A stretch of DNA of 36,656 nt from positions 1-36,656 of the IMG/VR virus record IMGVR_UViG_3300048606_000040, one strand, 5' to 3'. Made by a program: the position numbers and the translations under genes. Source of the DNA: a virus (taxonomy: Duplodnaviria > Caudoviricetes). Below the pieces are notes generated by a model. That model was not told the DNA's origin and ran no database searches. It saw only the letters and a program-made list of their open reading frames with translations. Shown piece by piece: positions 1-9,518 of this stretch; position 1 is the stretch's first letter, and each line of letters starts with the position of its first letter.

Positions 1-127
1 CAACGACCAGACCCGGGACAAGAACCAGACGCTGAAAGCGCTGAAGCGATCGCTCGGCGGCCGGCGCGGCCTGCTCGGGAGCGGCTCGGAGCTCGGGATC
101 GGCGTGCGCAGCCGCGGCGGTGGATCC
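1..127. repeat. Terminal direct repeat, copy 1 (identical to 36530-36656); circular contig overlap
   Basis: CAACGACCAG...GGTGGATCC is identical at both ends. 127 is a common assembler k-mer size, and an ORF reads across the join. Confidence 0.95.
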
Positions 128-295
128 GGAAGTGCCAGCGGATCCGGTGGCGGTGGTGGTCTGCGCGGTGGTGGCGGCGGGATCATGGGATCCGGCGGCG
201 GCTCGGGCGGCGGATCCACGGGTGGAGGCGTGCGCGGCGGTGGTGGTGGTCGAGCTCGAGCGGGCTACGTCGCCCGCGGCGGGCAGCTGCCCTAA
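1..295 (+). CDS. 3' part of a 122-aa Gly-rich small virion protein that starts at 36456 and spans the circular junction (position of T7 gp7.3-like genes)
   Basis: The frame is open from ATG 36456 through the repeat to TAA 293-295, which overlaps the portal ATG (TAATG). Confidence 0.8.
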   Translation, partial: NDQTRDKNQTLKALKRSLGGRRGLLGSGSELGIGVRSRGGGSGSASGSGGGGGLRGGGGGIMGSGGGSGGGSTGGGVRGGGGGRARAGYVARGGQLP

Positions 296-1857
296 TGGCG
301 CTCGCAATCTTCCGCCGCTTCCTCGGCCTTCCCGCCCTGCCCGTCGGCATGGCGGGCGCCGAGATCATGGCCCGCTTCGAGGACGCGCTCTCGCAGAAGT
401 CCACCTGGATCACGCACCTGCAGGAGGCCTACAAGTACGCCGTCCCGCACCGCGACACCTTCTTCGCAAGCTCCCCCGGCCAGAAGAAGAACACCGACGT
501 CTTCGACTCGACCGCCGTGCTCGGGGTCTCCTCGTTCGCAACGCGCATGCAGTCGGTACTGCTGCCGCCCTGGCGCAACTTCAGCATGCTCGAGCTCGGG
601 CCCGATGTGCCGAAGGCGCTGCGCGAGAATCCGCGCGTCGTGCAGAACCTGGCCGACGCCAACGACGTCTTCTTCAGCTACGTGAACCACTCGAACATGG
701 CGAGCCAGGTGCACGAGTCCTTCCAGGACCTGGCGATCGGCACCGGCTGCTATGACCTGCACGGCGGGGATCTCGGCGGCAAGGCGCTCGTCTTCAACGC
801 GATCCCGCTCCCTGAGCTCGTGCTCGAGGAGGGGCCGCAGTCGACGATCGAGACCACCTACCGCGAGATGGAGATCGCCGCGCGCAACATCGGGCGCCTG
901 TGGCCTGGTGCGCAGCTGCCGGCGGAGCTAGCAAAGATCGTGCGCGAGAAGCCCTCGCAGAAGGAGCGCTTCGTCGAGGCGGTGCTCTTTGATCCTGAGA
1001 CCGGGCGCTACGAGGGCGCCTGCATCTGGAGATCTGCGAAGGAGGTGATCTGGCGCGCGGCCTGGGACACCAATCCCCGGATCTGCTTCCGCTGGTCGGT
1101 GACGCCGGGCGAGCTCTACGGCCGCGGCCCGATCCTTCAGGTGCTGCCCGACATCAAGACGGCCAACAAGGTGGTCGAGTTCATCCTGCGCAACGCCGCG
1201 ATCCAGGTCGCCGGCATGTGGACGGCCACGACCGACGCCGCCCTCAACCCGTACAACTTCCGGCCCGCACCGGGCGCCGTGATCCCGGTGCAGAGCAACG
1301 ACCAGAAGAACCCGACGATCCGCGCGCTCGAGCGCACCGGGGATCTGCGCCTGGGCTTCGAGGTGCTGACCCAGCTGCAGGAGACGATCAAGACCGCGCT
1401 CTTCCAGTCGCTGCGGGATCCGAACGGCCCGGTGAGATCCGCGACCGAGATCGCGATCGACGACCGCGAGCTCGTGAACCGCGTGGGCTCCTCCTTCGGC
1501 CGGCTGCAGACCGAGACGGTGGAGGCGACGGTGGTGCGCGGCCTCGATGTGCTCGCCCGCCGCGGCGCCATGCCGAAGCTGCGCGTCGACGGCCGCGAGG
1601 TCACGCTCAAGCACCTCTCTCCGCTCGCCCGCGCCCAGGACATGGACGACCTGATGACGTTGCAGCGCACGCTCGAGGTGACGCCCGAGGCCTCGATCGC
1701 GATCGGCATCAAGGTTGAGGATCTGGGCGCATGGGTGGCGAAGAAGACCGGCCTCGATCCGCGGCTCATTCGCGACCCGGCCGATAAGGAGGCGCTGCAG
1801 AAGCAGGCGGCGCAAATGATCGCCCAGGGCCAGGCACCCGGCCAGGCGGCCGCGTGA
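295..1857 (+). CDS. Portal (head-tail connector), T7/BPP-1-like
   Basis: 520 aa with motifs FDSTA, DLAIGTG, RWSVTPGELYGRGP, LPDIKTAN, RSATE and SPLARAQ, typical of podovirus portals. Confidence 0.95.
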   Translation: MALAIFRRFLGLPALPVGMAGAEIMARFEDALSQKSTWITHLQEAYKYAVPHRDTFFASSPGQKKNTDVFDSTAVLGVSSFATRMQSVLLPPWRNFSMLELGPDVPKALRENPRVVQNLADANDVFFSYVNHSNMASQVHESFQDLAIGTGCYDLHGGDLGGKALVFNAIPLPELVLEEGPQSTIETTYREMEIAARNIGRLWPGAQLPAELAKIVREKPSQKERFVEAVLFDPETGRYEGACIWRSAKEVIWRAAWDTNPRICFRWSVTPGELYGRGPILQVLPDIKTANKVVEFILRNAAIQVAGMWTATTDAALNPYNFRPAPGAVIPVQSNDQKNPTIRALERTGDLRLGFEVLTQLQETIKTALFQSLRDPNGPVRSATEIAIDDRELVNRVGSSFGRLQTETVEATVVRGLDVLARRGAMPKLRVDGREVTLKHLSPLARAQDMDDLMTLQRTLEVTPEASIAIGIKVEDLGAWVAKKTGLDPRLIRDPADKEALQKQAAQMIAQGQAPGQAAA

Positions 1858-2225
1858 GCTCGCTCTTCCAGGTCGAGCTCGGTGGCGGCCAGAAGCCGCT
1901 CGAGGTGGAAGGCTGGGCTGCGCTCGATGGCATGTTCGAGGCCGCGGCGCAGCAGTCCGAGGCCCACTTCAAGGAACACCTCGAGCTGGCATCCACCTAT
2001 CGCGTGGCCATGGCAACGCCTGCCGGCCGGGCGCTCCTGCAGGACCTGATCCGCATGTTCTTCATGCAGCGCATCGTGCGTCCGGGGGATGATGAGTTCG
2101 CCGCCGGGATCCGCCAGGGCCAGCAGGACGTGGTGCGCAGGATTTTGTCGATGATAGAGTTCGCCAATTCCGGCGGCGGGCGACAGACCGGACCAGGCGC
2201 CAATCCTTCAGGAGCTCCCCCGTGA
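1854..2225 (+). CDS. Bbp19-like small protein downstream of portal
   Basis: GTGA overlap with portal; pattern TPAGRALLQDL...GQQDVVRRI seen in post-portal genes of BPP-1-like phages. Confidence 0.7.
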   Translation: MSSLFQVELGGGQKPLEVEGWAALDGMFEAAAQQSEAHFKEHLELASTYRVAMATPAGRALLQDLIRMFFMQRIVRPGDDEFAAGIRQGQQDVVRRILSMIEFANSGGGRQTGPGANPSGAPP

Positions 2226-2629
2226 AACAGTTTGCCCTTCGACTCACCCGCGGCGGCCGCAAAGAGAACATCCAGGAGCTGCGCCAGCTCGTCTTCGCCG
2301 GCCAGTCCGCCAACTTCACCGTCGGCAACAAGATCGTCGGCGGCACCTCGGGCGCGACCGGCATCCTGATCAGCCAGGCCGACGCCGGCGCGACCGGCAC
2401 GCTGATCCTCGACCAGGTGAAAGGAAACTTTCAGAACGGCGAGAACCTGACCGACGCTCCGGGCGCTGGCAACGGCACGGCCAACGGCACGCTCGCGATC
2501 GCGGCGGTGACCCCGACCGACCAGGCGATCCTGCTGGTCGACGCGGCGCTCTACACCCGCTCGGAGATGCTGGCGGCGCTGCGCGACATGATGCAGTACG
2601 TGCAGCTGATGCCGTTCCCGGATCGCTAA
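2222..2629 (+). CDS. Putative virion protein with a Gly/Thr-rich beta module
   Basis: AGGAG RBS, GTGA overlap, G/C-ending codons; FTVGNKIVGGTSGATG...GNFQNGENLT resembles modules in phage structural proteins. Confidence 0.7.
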   Translation: MKQFALRLTRGGRKENIQELRQLVFAGQSANFTVGNKIVGGTSGATGILISQADAGATGTLILDQVKGNFQNGENLTDAPGAGNGTANGTLAIAAVTPTDQAILLVDAALYTRSEMLAALRDMMQYVQLMPFPDR

Positions 2630-2839
2630 CCCTCACATTCCACCCTGAAAAGGGGCGGCCGCGGCGGCTGGCGCCGTGGCCCGACTGCCGCTCGAGAGGC
2701 AGCCCGCGGTCCCCGAAGCTGCCGATAAAGCCCCGCCCGGCGAGATCCAGCGTCTCACCGGGCGGGCAGCGCTAGACACTCCCACGTCTCTCCGGCATAA
2801 CCCTCGGGCGATTCTTACAACCCCACGGGAGCGAGAGAC
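2630..2839 (+). promoter_or_regulatory. Structured 210-nt intergenic leader (candidate cis-regulatory RNA)
   Basis: 13/14-bp stem 2732-2745/2753-2766; GTCTCTC 2786-2792 can pair with GAGAGAC 2833-2839 next to the ATG at 2840. Confidence 0.35.
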
Positions 2840-3406
2840 ATGCGACACCTGCATCTGGTGAGTGTGCTGATGGCGGCCGCCCTGGCCGATGGATCCACCG
2901 GCGGCGAAGGGCAAAGCCCCTACGAGCCCAACCCCAACACGAACGACTTAGCCGGCGCAGCGCCGGCACCCGAGAACATCGGCGCACCGGCGCCCGATCC
3001 GTCGGTGAACGGCGGGCCCTCGACGGCCGACCTGGTCGAACTCGACGAGGACTTCCAGCGACGCTTGGCTGCCGAACGCGCCGAGCTCGACCGGCTGCGC
3101 CGCGAGACGCCAATCCAGGAGATCGAGATCCACCCCTGTCAGGGCACCGGCAAGCTCGGCCTGATCTTCGGCACGCCGGACGGCATCCGCTGCGTCGAGC
3201 TAGCCGACTGGCGCACGGATCGAGTCTGTCTGCAGGCTGGCGATCACGCGCAGCTGGTGGTGCTGGTCGGTGAGGGTCTGAAGACCTGGGAGTTCTACCG
3301 CGAGCAGGAGGCGCGCTCGAAGGCGCGGGCGGCCGAGGCCGCGGCGCAGCCCGCCGTGGATCCCGAGACGCTGCGCGATCCCGACGCCGTCATGAACCAG
3401 AGCTGA
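2840..3406 (+). CDS. Hypothetical protein (188 aa) upstream of scaffold
   Basis: GGGAG RBS, typical codon usage, acidic disordered N-terminus, then coiled coil and a small beta domain. Confidence 0.75.
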   Translation: MRHLHLVSVLMAAALADGSTGGEGQSPYEPNPNTNDLAGAAPAPENIGAPAPDPSVNGGPSTADLVELDEDFQRRLAAERAELDRLRRETPIQEIEIHPCQGTGKLGLIFGTPDGIRCVELADWRTDRVCLQAGDHAQLVVLVGEGLKTWEFYREQEARSKARAAEAAAQPAVDPETLRDPDAVMNQS

Positions 3407-3416
3407 GGCCTAACCC

Positions 3417-4385
3417 ATGTGGAAGCTGTTCATGAGGCTGATGGAAAAGGCCGGCGAAGAAGGTGGCGGCGGGGGCGGCGATGCCGCGGCCGCAGCCGCT
3501 GCAGCCGCCGCCGCAGCAGCGAAAGGTGGCGGCGGGGAAGGTGGGATCCTCAAGGCGGGCGCCGCTGGTGCTGCTGGCGGTGTGGACGATCCCGCCGCCA
3601 AGGCCGCAGCGGCTGCCGCTGCTGCAGCCGCTGTGGCTGGTGGTAAGACCTACCACTGGGCCGAGAACGTGCCCGGGTCCGGCGAGACGCCGCCCTGGTT
3701 CAAGGGCGACAAGTACAAGACGGTCGCCGACCAGGCGCGCGCCGCGGTCGAGCTCGAGACCAAGCTCGGGCCGGCCGCCGAGCTCATCGGCGCCCCGAAA
3801 GACAAGGACGGCAAGCCCGCCCCGTACGCGCTCCCCGAGATCAAGGACGACAAGGGCAATAAGACCTGGGAGTGGGACGCCGAGGATCCGCGCATCAAGG
3901 CCTTCCAGACCGAGGCGGCGGCCATGGGCCTCTCGCAGAAGGCCTTCGATCGCATCGTCACCATGTACGCCGGCCAGGAGATCGAGGCCCAGGGCGCTGC
4001 CGAGGCGAGTCTCGCCGAGGCGCTGCAGAAGCTCGGCCCCAATGTCTCGGCGCGCGTGGCGGCGGTGCAGCAGTACGTCACGGCCCAGGTGGGTGCCGAA
4101 GGGTTTGCTGCTCTCGACAACGCACTCGGCACCTCGGTCGAGGCCTTCAAGGCCTTCGAGAAGCTGATCGCGCTGCAGGCGAATGACCCGCGCCTGGCCG
4201 GATCCGGCGGCAAGCCCGGGGTCGGTTTCACCAAAGCCGACATCCAGGCCGAGCAGTTCAAGCTCTACGCTGACGGGCCGCTCAAGGGTCAGAAGCTGTA
4301 CGACCACGACGCCGAGCACCGCAAGAAGGTGGACGCCATGTGGTCGCAGCTCTTCCCCGGGGAAGACGTCCAGAACGTGGGGTAG
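3417..4385 (+). CDS. Capsid assembly scaffolding protein
   Basis: Directly before the capsid gene; low-complexity Gly/Ala N-terminus; PPWFKGDKYKTVADQARA..ELETKLG and GLSQKAFD patterns. Confidence 0.8.
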   Translation: MWKLFMRLMEKAGEEGGGGGGDAAAAAAAAAAAAAKGGGGEGGILKAGAAGAAGGVDDPAAKAAAAAAAAAAVAGGKTYHWAENVPGSGETPPWFKGDKYKTVADQARAAVELETKLGPAAELIGAPKDKDGKPAPYALPEIKDDKGNKTWEWDAEDPRIKAFQTEAAAMGLSQKAFDRIVTMYAGQEIEAQGAAEASLAEALQKLGPNVSARVAAVQQYVTAQVGAEGFAALDNALGTSVEAFKAFEKLIALQANDPRLAGSGGKPGVGFTKADIQAEQFKLYADGPLKGQKLYDHDAEHRKKVDAMWSQLFPGEDVQNVG

Positions 4386-4589
4386 GGCCTTGCGTCTGGT
4401 CTGGCGGTAGGAATATTCTCGCCGCCAGATCAGACACCCGGACACCTGGCGCAAGCCAGCCCGCTCTACCCGATCTCGAGCACGGCACGTCACGCCGAGT
4501 TCACGGCCCGGCAACGGACACCCGCAGAACGAAAACCTAAAGCCCGAGCAGGCAACCGTTTTCCTTCTACCCGCATCGCGGGAGGGTCT
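4386..4589 (+). promoter_or_regulatory. Structured leader and possible promoter for the major capsid gene
   Basis: 14-bp stem 4394-4407/4422-4435; TTGCGT-18-TATTCT; two GCAA-tetraloop hairpins; CGGACACC twice; GGAGG RBS. Confidence 0.45.
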
Positions 4590-5441
4590 ATGTCCAAGGT
4601 ACTCAGCGCCGCCGCCGCCACCCAGTTCGACACCGAAGTACTTCACGAGTACCAGGGCACCGGCAGCCTTCGCCAGTCGACGACCCAGCGCACGGGCGTG
4701 GTCGGCGACACCTACAAGTTCCGCAAGATGGGCCAGGGCATGGCCACCCAGCGCGTGGCGCCCCAGACCGACGTCGTCCCGATGGACGTCGCCCACTCCC
4801 TGCAGACCGCGACGCTGACCAACTGGGTCGCGCCGGAATACACGGACATCTTCGACCAGGCGACGGTCAACTTTCAGGAGCGTAACGAGCTCGCGAAGAC
4901 CATCGCCATGGCACTCAGCCGTCGCGAGGACCAGCTCTGCATCGACGCCTGGGAGGCCTCCGGCTCCTACGCCGGCACGGTCACGACCGACATCGGTGGC
5001 GTGGGCACGGATCTGAACCCGGCCAAGCTGCGCCGCGCGTCCCGCTTCCTGAACGCCAAGGGCGTGCCCCAGGCCGGCCGCCACATCGCGATCGGCGCGA
5101 CCCAGCTCGAAGCCCTGCTCGGCAACACCGAGGCCACGAGCTCCGACTTCAACACCGTGAAGGCGCTGGTGAACGGCGAGCTCAACAGCTTCGTCGGCTT
5201 CAAGTTCCACCTGATCGAGGACCGCTCCTCGTTCGAGGGCGGCCTCGTGGTCGCCGCCACGGTGCGCAACTGCTACGCCTACCACGAGACGGCCACCGGC
5301 TTCGCCTCGGGGATCGATCCGAAGACCGAGGTCAACTACATCGCCCAGAAGGTGAGCTGGCTCGCCAACGGCATGCTCAAGGCGGGCGCGATCACCCGGA
5401 ACGGCAACGGCCTGGTGAAGATCTTCTGCACCGAGACCTGA
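4590..5441 (+). CDS. Major capsid protein
   Basis: 283 aa after the scaffold, strong RBS, very biased codons; TSSDFNTVKALVNGELNSFVGFKF motif typical of this podovirus capsid family. Confidence 0.92.
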   Translation: MSKVLSAAAATQFDTEVLHEYQGTGSLRQSTTQRTGVVGDTYKFRKMGQGMATQRVAPQTDVVPMDVAHSLQTATLTNWVAPEYTDIFDQATVNFQERNELAKTIAMALSRREDQLCIDAWEASGSYAGTVTTDIGGVGTDLNPAKLRRASRFLNAKGVPQAGRHIAIGATQLEALLGNTEATSSDFNTVKALVNGELNSFVGFKFHLIEDRSSFEGGLVVAATVRNCYAYHETATGFASGIDPKTEVNYIAQKVSWLANGMLKAGAITRNGNGLVKIFCTET

Positions 5442-5475
5442 TCGGCGCACCCTCACCAGTTCCAGGAGAAGACAC

Positions 5476-5772
5476 ATGGCTTTCAACCGACTCCGCCTCG
5501 CCGTTTCCGGCAACGACGGCAACACCGATGCGCCGCGCCAGTGGTGCTACAAGACCGACGACACGCACGCCACGGTGGACACGTCCGGCTACTTCAACGC
5601 CGCGCGCCAGCTGCTGAAAGTGGGCGACATCATCTTCGTCGTGGTCGTGACGAACTTGGGCCTCAGCAACGAGGCGGTCGCCACCTACGGCACGCACATC
5701 GTCCTGTCGAACACGGGCACGGTCGTGAACGTCTCCGACGTCACGGTCAACGTGGTCACCAACACCGACTGA
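5476..5772 (+). CDS. Putative capsid decoration/cement protein
   Basis: AGGAG RBS, follows the capsid gene; YKTDD..ATVDTSGYFN...LKVGDIIFV beta-rich pattern. Confidence 0.7.
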   Translation: MAFNRLRLAVSGNDGNTDAPRQWCYKTDDTHATVDTSGYFNAARQLLKVGDIIFVVVVTNLGLSNEAVATYGTHIVLSNTGTVVNVSDVTVNVVTNTD

Positions 5773-5861
5773 TCCCTCCCCTCGCTCGGGGACGGGCCCC
5801 GCCGGCGATCTCGTGCCACCAGCTCGAGGCCGCCGGCGGCAAGCTCTTCCAGGAGTAGCAC

Positions 5862-6245
5862 TTGCCGACACCGCGCCGCCTTGCCGCCCTTGCCATCGGA
5901 GACCCCAACGGGGCGCCGATCTGGCCGGCATTCGCGACCCTTGCGCTGCTGGCGGGCAACCAGGTCCTCACCGCCGGCGCCGCCTCGAGCGCGGCGATCG
6001 CGCACGGCTTTGCGACCCCGGGCTCGTGCGTGTTCCTGATCTCGACCCAGGGCCCGCTCTCGATCATCTTCGGTGCGGCGGGCGTGGGCGCGGCCGCGGT
6101 CGACGCCACCTCGATCATGCTGCCGGCCGCCGGCGTGTACCTGGTCGACCCGGGTCCGAACCCGCTCTTCACGCACTTTCGCCACATCCGCGCCGGCGCC
6201 GCCGATGCGATCTTCCAGATCTCTGCGGTGGCCACGCAGCAGTAG
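5862..6245 (+). CDS. Hypothetical virion protein (127 aa, TTG start)
   Basis: CAGGAG RBS before TTG; fills the gap between decoration and tail genes with typical codons. Confidence 0.65.
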   Translation: MPTPRRLAALAIGDPNGAPIWPAFATLALLAGNQVLTAGAASSAAIAHGFATPGSCVFLISTQGPLSIIFGAAGVGAAAVDATSIMLPAAGVYLVDPGPNPLFTHFRHIRAGAADAIFQISAVATQQ

Positions 6246-6294
6246 GTCGGCGCTGACGTGATAACGTCCCGGCGGCCGTAACCCAGGGGCGCCC

Positions 6295-6870
6295 ATGCCG
6301 ACACCCGTCTCGTTCGACAAGCTCGCGATCTGCAACCAGGCGATCGGCGCCTTCCACGGAACCCGCCTCACCGACATCGCCGCCCTCGGGGGCACGAGCA
6401 AAGAAGCCCAGGCGATGCGCGACCACTACGATGCGGTGGTCCAGTACGTGCACACCATGAGCAACTGGCGCTTCGCGACGGCCAAGCGCTCCCTCAACAA
6501 GCTCTCGGGCGCCCCGATCAACCGATGGAGCACCGCCTGGCAGCTGCCCGAGGACTTCCTCAAGCTGCTGACCACCTGGCCGCCCAGCAACTACGAGCTC
6601 GCCAACCGCCAGATCCTCTCGAACGAGAGCGCCCGGCTCGACATCGACTACATCCGCCTGGTCGCTGAAGGCTATTGGCCGGCCTGGTTCGCGCGCCTGG
6701 TGGTGGCGGAGCTCGCGGATCGCGCCTGTCCGGTCGTGACCGGGGATGAGCCCACGGCCGCGATGCGCGGCGAGCGGGAGAAGGCCGAGAACGAGGCGTA
6801 CTTCAACGACGCCCAGCAGCAGCCGAACCAGACGCTGCAGTCGAACGACTTCGTCGACGTGCGCTACTGA
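6295..6870 (+). CDS. Tail tubular protein A / adaptor (T7 gp11-like)
   Basis: ICNQAI, WRFA and WQLPEDFL motifs; 191 aa; precedes the nozzle gene. Confidence 0.88.
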   Translation: MPTPVSFDKLAICNQAIGAFHGTRLTDIAALGGTSKEAQAMRDHYDAVVQYVHTMSNWRFATAKRSLNKLSGAPINRWSTAWQLPEDFLKLLTTWPPSNYELANRQILSNESARLDIDYIRLVAEGYWPAWFARLVVAELADRACPVVTGDEPTAAMRGEREKAENEAYFNDAQQQPNQTLQSNDFVDVRY

Positions 6871-9029
6871 TGGCCAGCCGCCAGCAGACCCTGCAAACGA
6901 GCTTCACCTCGGGCGTCCTGCACCCGGGCCTGGCCGCGCGCACCGACATCGAGCACTACTTCCAGGGCGTGCGCATCGGACGCAACGTGCTATTCGTCAA
7001 GGAAGGCGGAGCCCGCGGCCGCTGGGGCTTGCAGCACATCTCCGACGTCCCGGCCAACGGGCGCCTCGCCGCCTTCAGCTTCAACACCGAGCAGAACTAC
7101 CTGCTGTGGATCGGCGCCGGCTTCACCGAGTTCTTCCGCAACGATGCCCTGATCACGAACATCAACGGCACCGGGTTCTCCTACCTGGTCAACACCTACA
7201 CGCTCACCCAGGCGCTCGAGCTCGACTACACCCAGAGCGTCGACACCATGGTCCAGACGCACCAGGACGTGGCGCCGCAGACACTGGTGCGCGGGATCGA
7301 TCACAACCTGTGGACCCAGGCCGCGGCGACGCTGACGAACCTTCCGAAGTACGACTTCAACGACACGAGCTCGCCCGTCCCGGTCGCCCACGTGGTCACC
7401 ATCACCTTCACCGGCTTCACGGTGGGCGATCGCTACAAGCTCGAGCTCAACGACGATGAGACCCCGGAGATCGTCTACGCCGACAGCGCGACGGCCGCGG
7501 GCAAGGCCGCCAACATCCGCCGGATCCGCGAGGAGCTGCTGGCACTGCCGGCCACGGGCTTCGATGAGACCGCCATCGCTGTCGTCTTCACCGCCGGCAC
7601 GACCTACACGGTGACCTTCTCGGGCGACTCGGCTGACGCCTATGAGCCCATGAGCGGCCGCAACACCGACCGCACGAGCGCCACCGTGGTCTGCGCCACG
7701 ACCGCGACCGGATCCCCGAGGCGTGAGGCCGTGATCAGCGCCACGCGCGGCTGGCCGGCGTGCGTCACCTTCTACGAGTCGCGGCTGCTCTTCGGCGCGC
7801 CGGCGTCACTCCCGCAGACCATCCTCGGCACCGTGATCGGCGGCTTCAATCCTTACAACTTCAAGATCGGCGACGCGCTGGACGACCAGGGCATCTTCAC
7901 GACGCTCAACACCAACCAGGTGAACGAGATCCGCGCGCTCTATCCCGGGCGCCAGCTGCAGGTCTTCACCTCGGGCGGGGAGTTCTATTCCCCAGATCGC
8001 CCGATCACGCCCGCCATGTCGGTCCCGCAGCAGAGTGACTTCGGGTGCGCTGCGCACGTCCCGCCCTGCTCGGTCGACGGCGCCACGATCTTCCCCACCC
8101 GCCAGAAGAAGACGCTGCGCGAGTACCTGTATCTCGACCGGGAGCAGGCCTACAACGCGACATCCCTGACGGTACTGGCCTCGCACCTGGTGCACGGGAT
8201 CAACTCCCTCGACGCCCAGACGTCGACCACCGACGATGAGCAGAGCTATGTGATCGCGGTCAACGCCGGCGGCCCGCCGGCCGGGGTCGTCGGGCCGACG
8301 GGCGTGGTGAGTGACGGCTATGGCGAGGACGGCACCGCGGCGATCCTCTCGACGCTGCGCAGCCAGGACATCGCCAGCTGGTCGGAGATGCGCACCCGCA
8401 CGGGCGACAAGATCCTGCAGATCTGCGTGGTCGGCGACGACATCTACTTCCTGCTGCAGCGCCGGCGCAATGGCGCCACCGTGTACACGATCGAGAAGGC
8501 CTCCTTCGACACCCGCATGGATGCGGCGAAGACCGTGACGACGGGCTTGGGGATCACGGTCGGCGGCTTCGGGCACCTGACGGGCGAGACGGTCCAGGTG
8601 CGTGTCGACGGCGCCCCGGTGGACGACATGATCGTCAGCGTCGCAGGTACGCTCACCTTCGATACGGCGCCACTGGTGTCGGTCGAGGCGGGCTACTTCA
8701 CGCCTGAGATCGCCCCGGTCCTCGAGACCATGCCGCTCACCGTCAACTTCGGCGGCCAGCCGCTGCTCGGCGCCAGCAAGTCGCTCGCCGAGATCCGGAT
8801 CTCCGTCAAGGACTCGCTCGGCATCTTCGCGAACGGGGAGCCGGCGATCCCGGTCGATCCGGTGCCCGAGCCCGTGAGCGGCACCCCGCAGGTGCCCTTC
8901 ACCGGCCTCCTGAAGGCCCGGGACACCGGCTGGACCGAGGGTGACGCCACGATCACGCTGACCCAGCAGCAGCCGCTGCCGTTCCATGTGCTGGCGTTGT
9001 CCGGCATCCTCCACGTCGGGAAGGCCTGA
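6870..9029 (+). CDS. Tail tubular protein B / nozzle (T7 gp12-like)
   Basis: QTSFTSG, ARTD, TQSVD, GWPACVTFYESRL, FTSGGE and C-terminal QQQPLPFHVL; TGATG coupling to the upstream gene. Confidence 0.9.
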   Translation: MASRQQTLQTSFTSGVLHPGLAARTDIEHYFQGVRIGRNVLFVKEGGARGRWGLQHISDVPANGRLAAFSFNTEQNYLLWIGAGFTEFFRNDALITNINGTGFSYLVNTYTLTQALELDYTQSVDTMVQTHQDVAPQTLVRGIDHNLWTQAAATLTNLPKYDFNDTSSPVPVAHVVTITFTGFTVGDRYKLELNDDETPEIVYADSATAAGKAANIRRIREELLALPATGFDETAIAVVFTAGTTYTVTFSGDSADAYEPMSGRNTDRTSATVVCATTATGSPRREAVISATRGWPACVTFYESRLLFGAPASLPQTILGTVIGGFNPYNFKIGDALDDQGIFTTLNTNQVNEIRALYPGRQLQVFTSGGEFYSPDRPITPAMSVPQQSDFGCAAHVPPCSVDGATIFPTRQKKTLREYLYLDREQAYNATSLTVLASHLVHGINSLDAQTSTTDDEQSYVIAVNAGGPPAGVVGPTGVVSDGYGEDGTAAILSTLRSQDIASWSEMRTRTGDKILQICVVGDDIYFLLQRRRNGATVYTIEKASFDTRMDAAKTVTTGLGITVGGFGHLTGETVQVRVDGAPVDDMIVSVAGTLTFDTAPLVSVEAGYFTPEIAPVLETMPLTVNFGGQPLLGASKSLAEIRISVKDSLGIFANGEPAIPVDPVPEPVSGTPQVPFTGLLKARDTGWTEGDATITLTQQQPLPFHVLALSGILHVGKA

Positions 9030-9038
9030 GGTAGGACA

Positions 9039-9518
9039 ATGGGCTGGGTAGCTTTAGTCGGTGCGGTGGTCCAGGCGGCGGCGCAGAAGTCGTCCTCCAA
9101 CGCCCAGCAGACGCAGCTGCTGCTCGAGAAGCGACAGGAGCAGGCCGCCGCCCAGGACCGCGAGGTCCAGCGCATGCGCCGGCTCAATGCCATTCTCGGA
9201 TCTCAGAATGCGGCGATCGCCGCCAGCGGTGTCGTCAACTCGGGCTCGATCGCGAACGTGAGCATCACCGACGCCAAGCGCGCCTCCGAGGACAGCCAGG
9301 TCGACCGGGTCAACACCTCGGCCCGAATCATCGCCATAGACACCAATCGCCGGGCGATCCGAAAGGCCGGCGACCTGCAGGCCGCCGGGACCATCCTCAG
9401 CGCCGCCGGCCGGTACTACCAGCGCGGCTCGGTGCCCACGGGTGGCGGCCGCGTCACCCCATCCCAGGCGACCGAGGCGGGCTCCGGGCTCTCCTCAAGC
9501 GCGGCCAGGTACGCCTGA
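9039..9518 (+). CDS. Internal virion (ejection) protein, gp14-like
   Basis: 159 aa, hydrophobic N-terminus, Q/A-rich helix, AASGV..SGS motif; position after the nozzle. Confidence 0.75.
   Translation: MGWVALVGAVVQAAAQKSSSNAQQTQLLLEKRQEQAAAQDREVQRMRRLNAILGSQNAAIAASGVVNSGSIANVSITDAKRASEDSQVDRVNTSARIIAIDTNRRAIRKAGDLQAAGTILSAAGRYYQRGSVPTGGGRVTPSQATEAGSGLSSSAARYA

Noticed and set aside
1-127. Biological direct terminal repeat of the virion DNA
   Set aside because: The length equals a common assembly k-mer and the repeat falls in the middle of a gene, so it is most likely a circularisation artefact.
1039-1050. AAGGAGGTGATC, a 12-nt match to the anti-SD, inside the portal gene
   Set aside because: No start codon at usable spacing, and it is made of ordinary K-E-V-I codons.
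2630-2839. Known riboswitch or tRNA
   Set aside because: No consensus of cobalamin, c-di-GMP, TPP or tRNA elements recognised; kept only as an unassigned structure.
3460-3645. GCC/GGC-rich repeats as an array or CRISPR
   Set aside because: They encode poly-Ala/Gly in the scaffold N-terminus. No repeat-spacer structure was seen anywhere in the window.
3390-5525. 711-aa minus-strand ORF
   Set aside because: Antisense shadow of the scaffold and capsid genes in a high-GC genome; no RBS or motifs.
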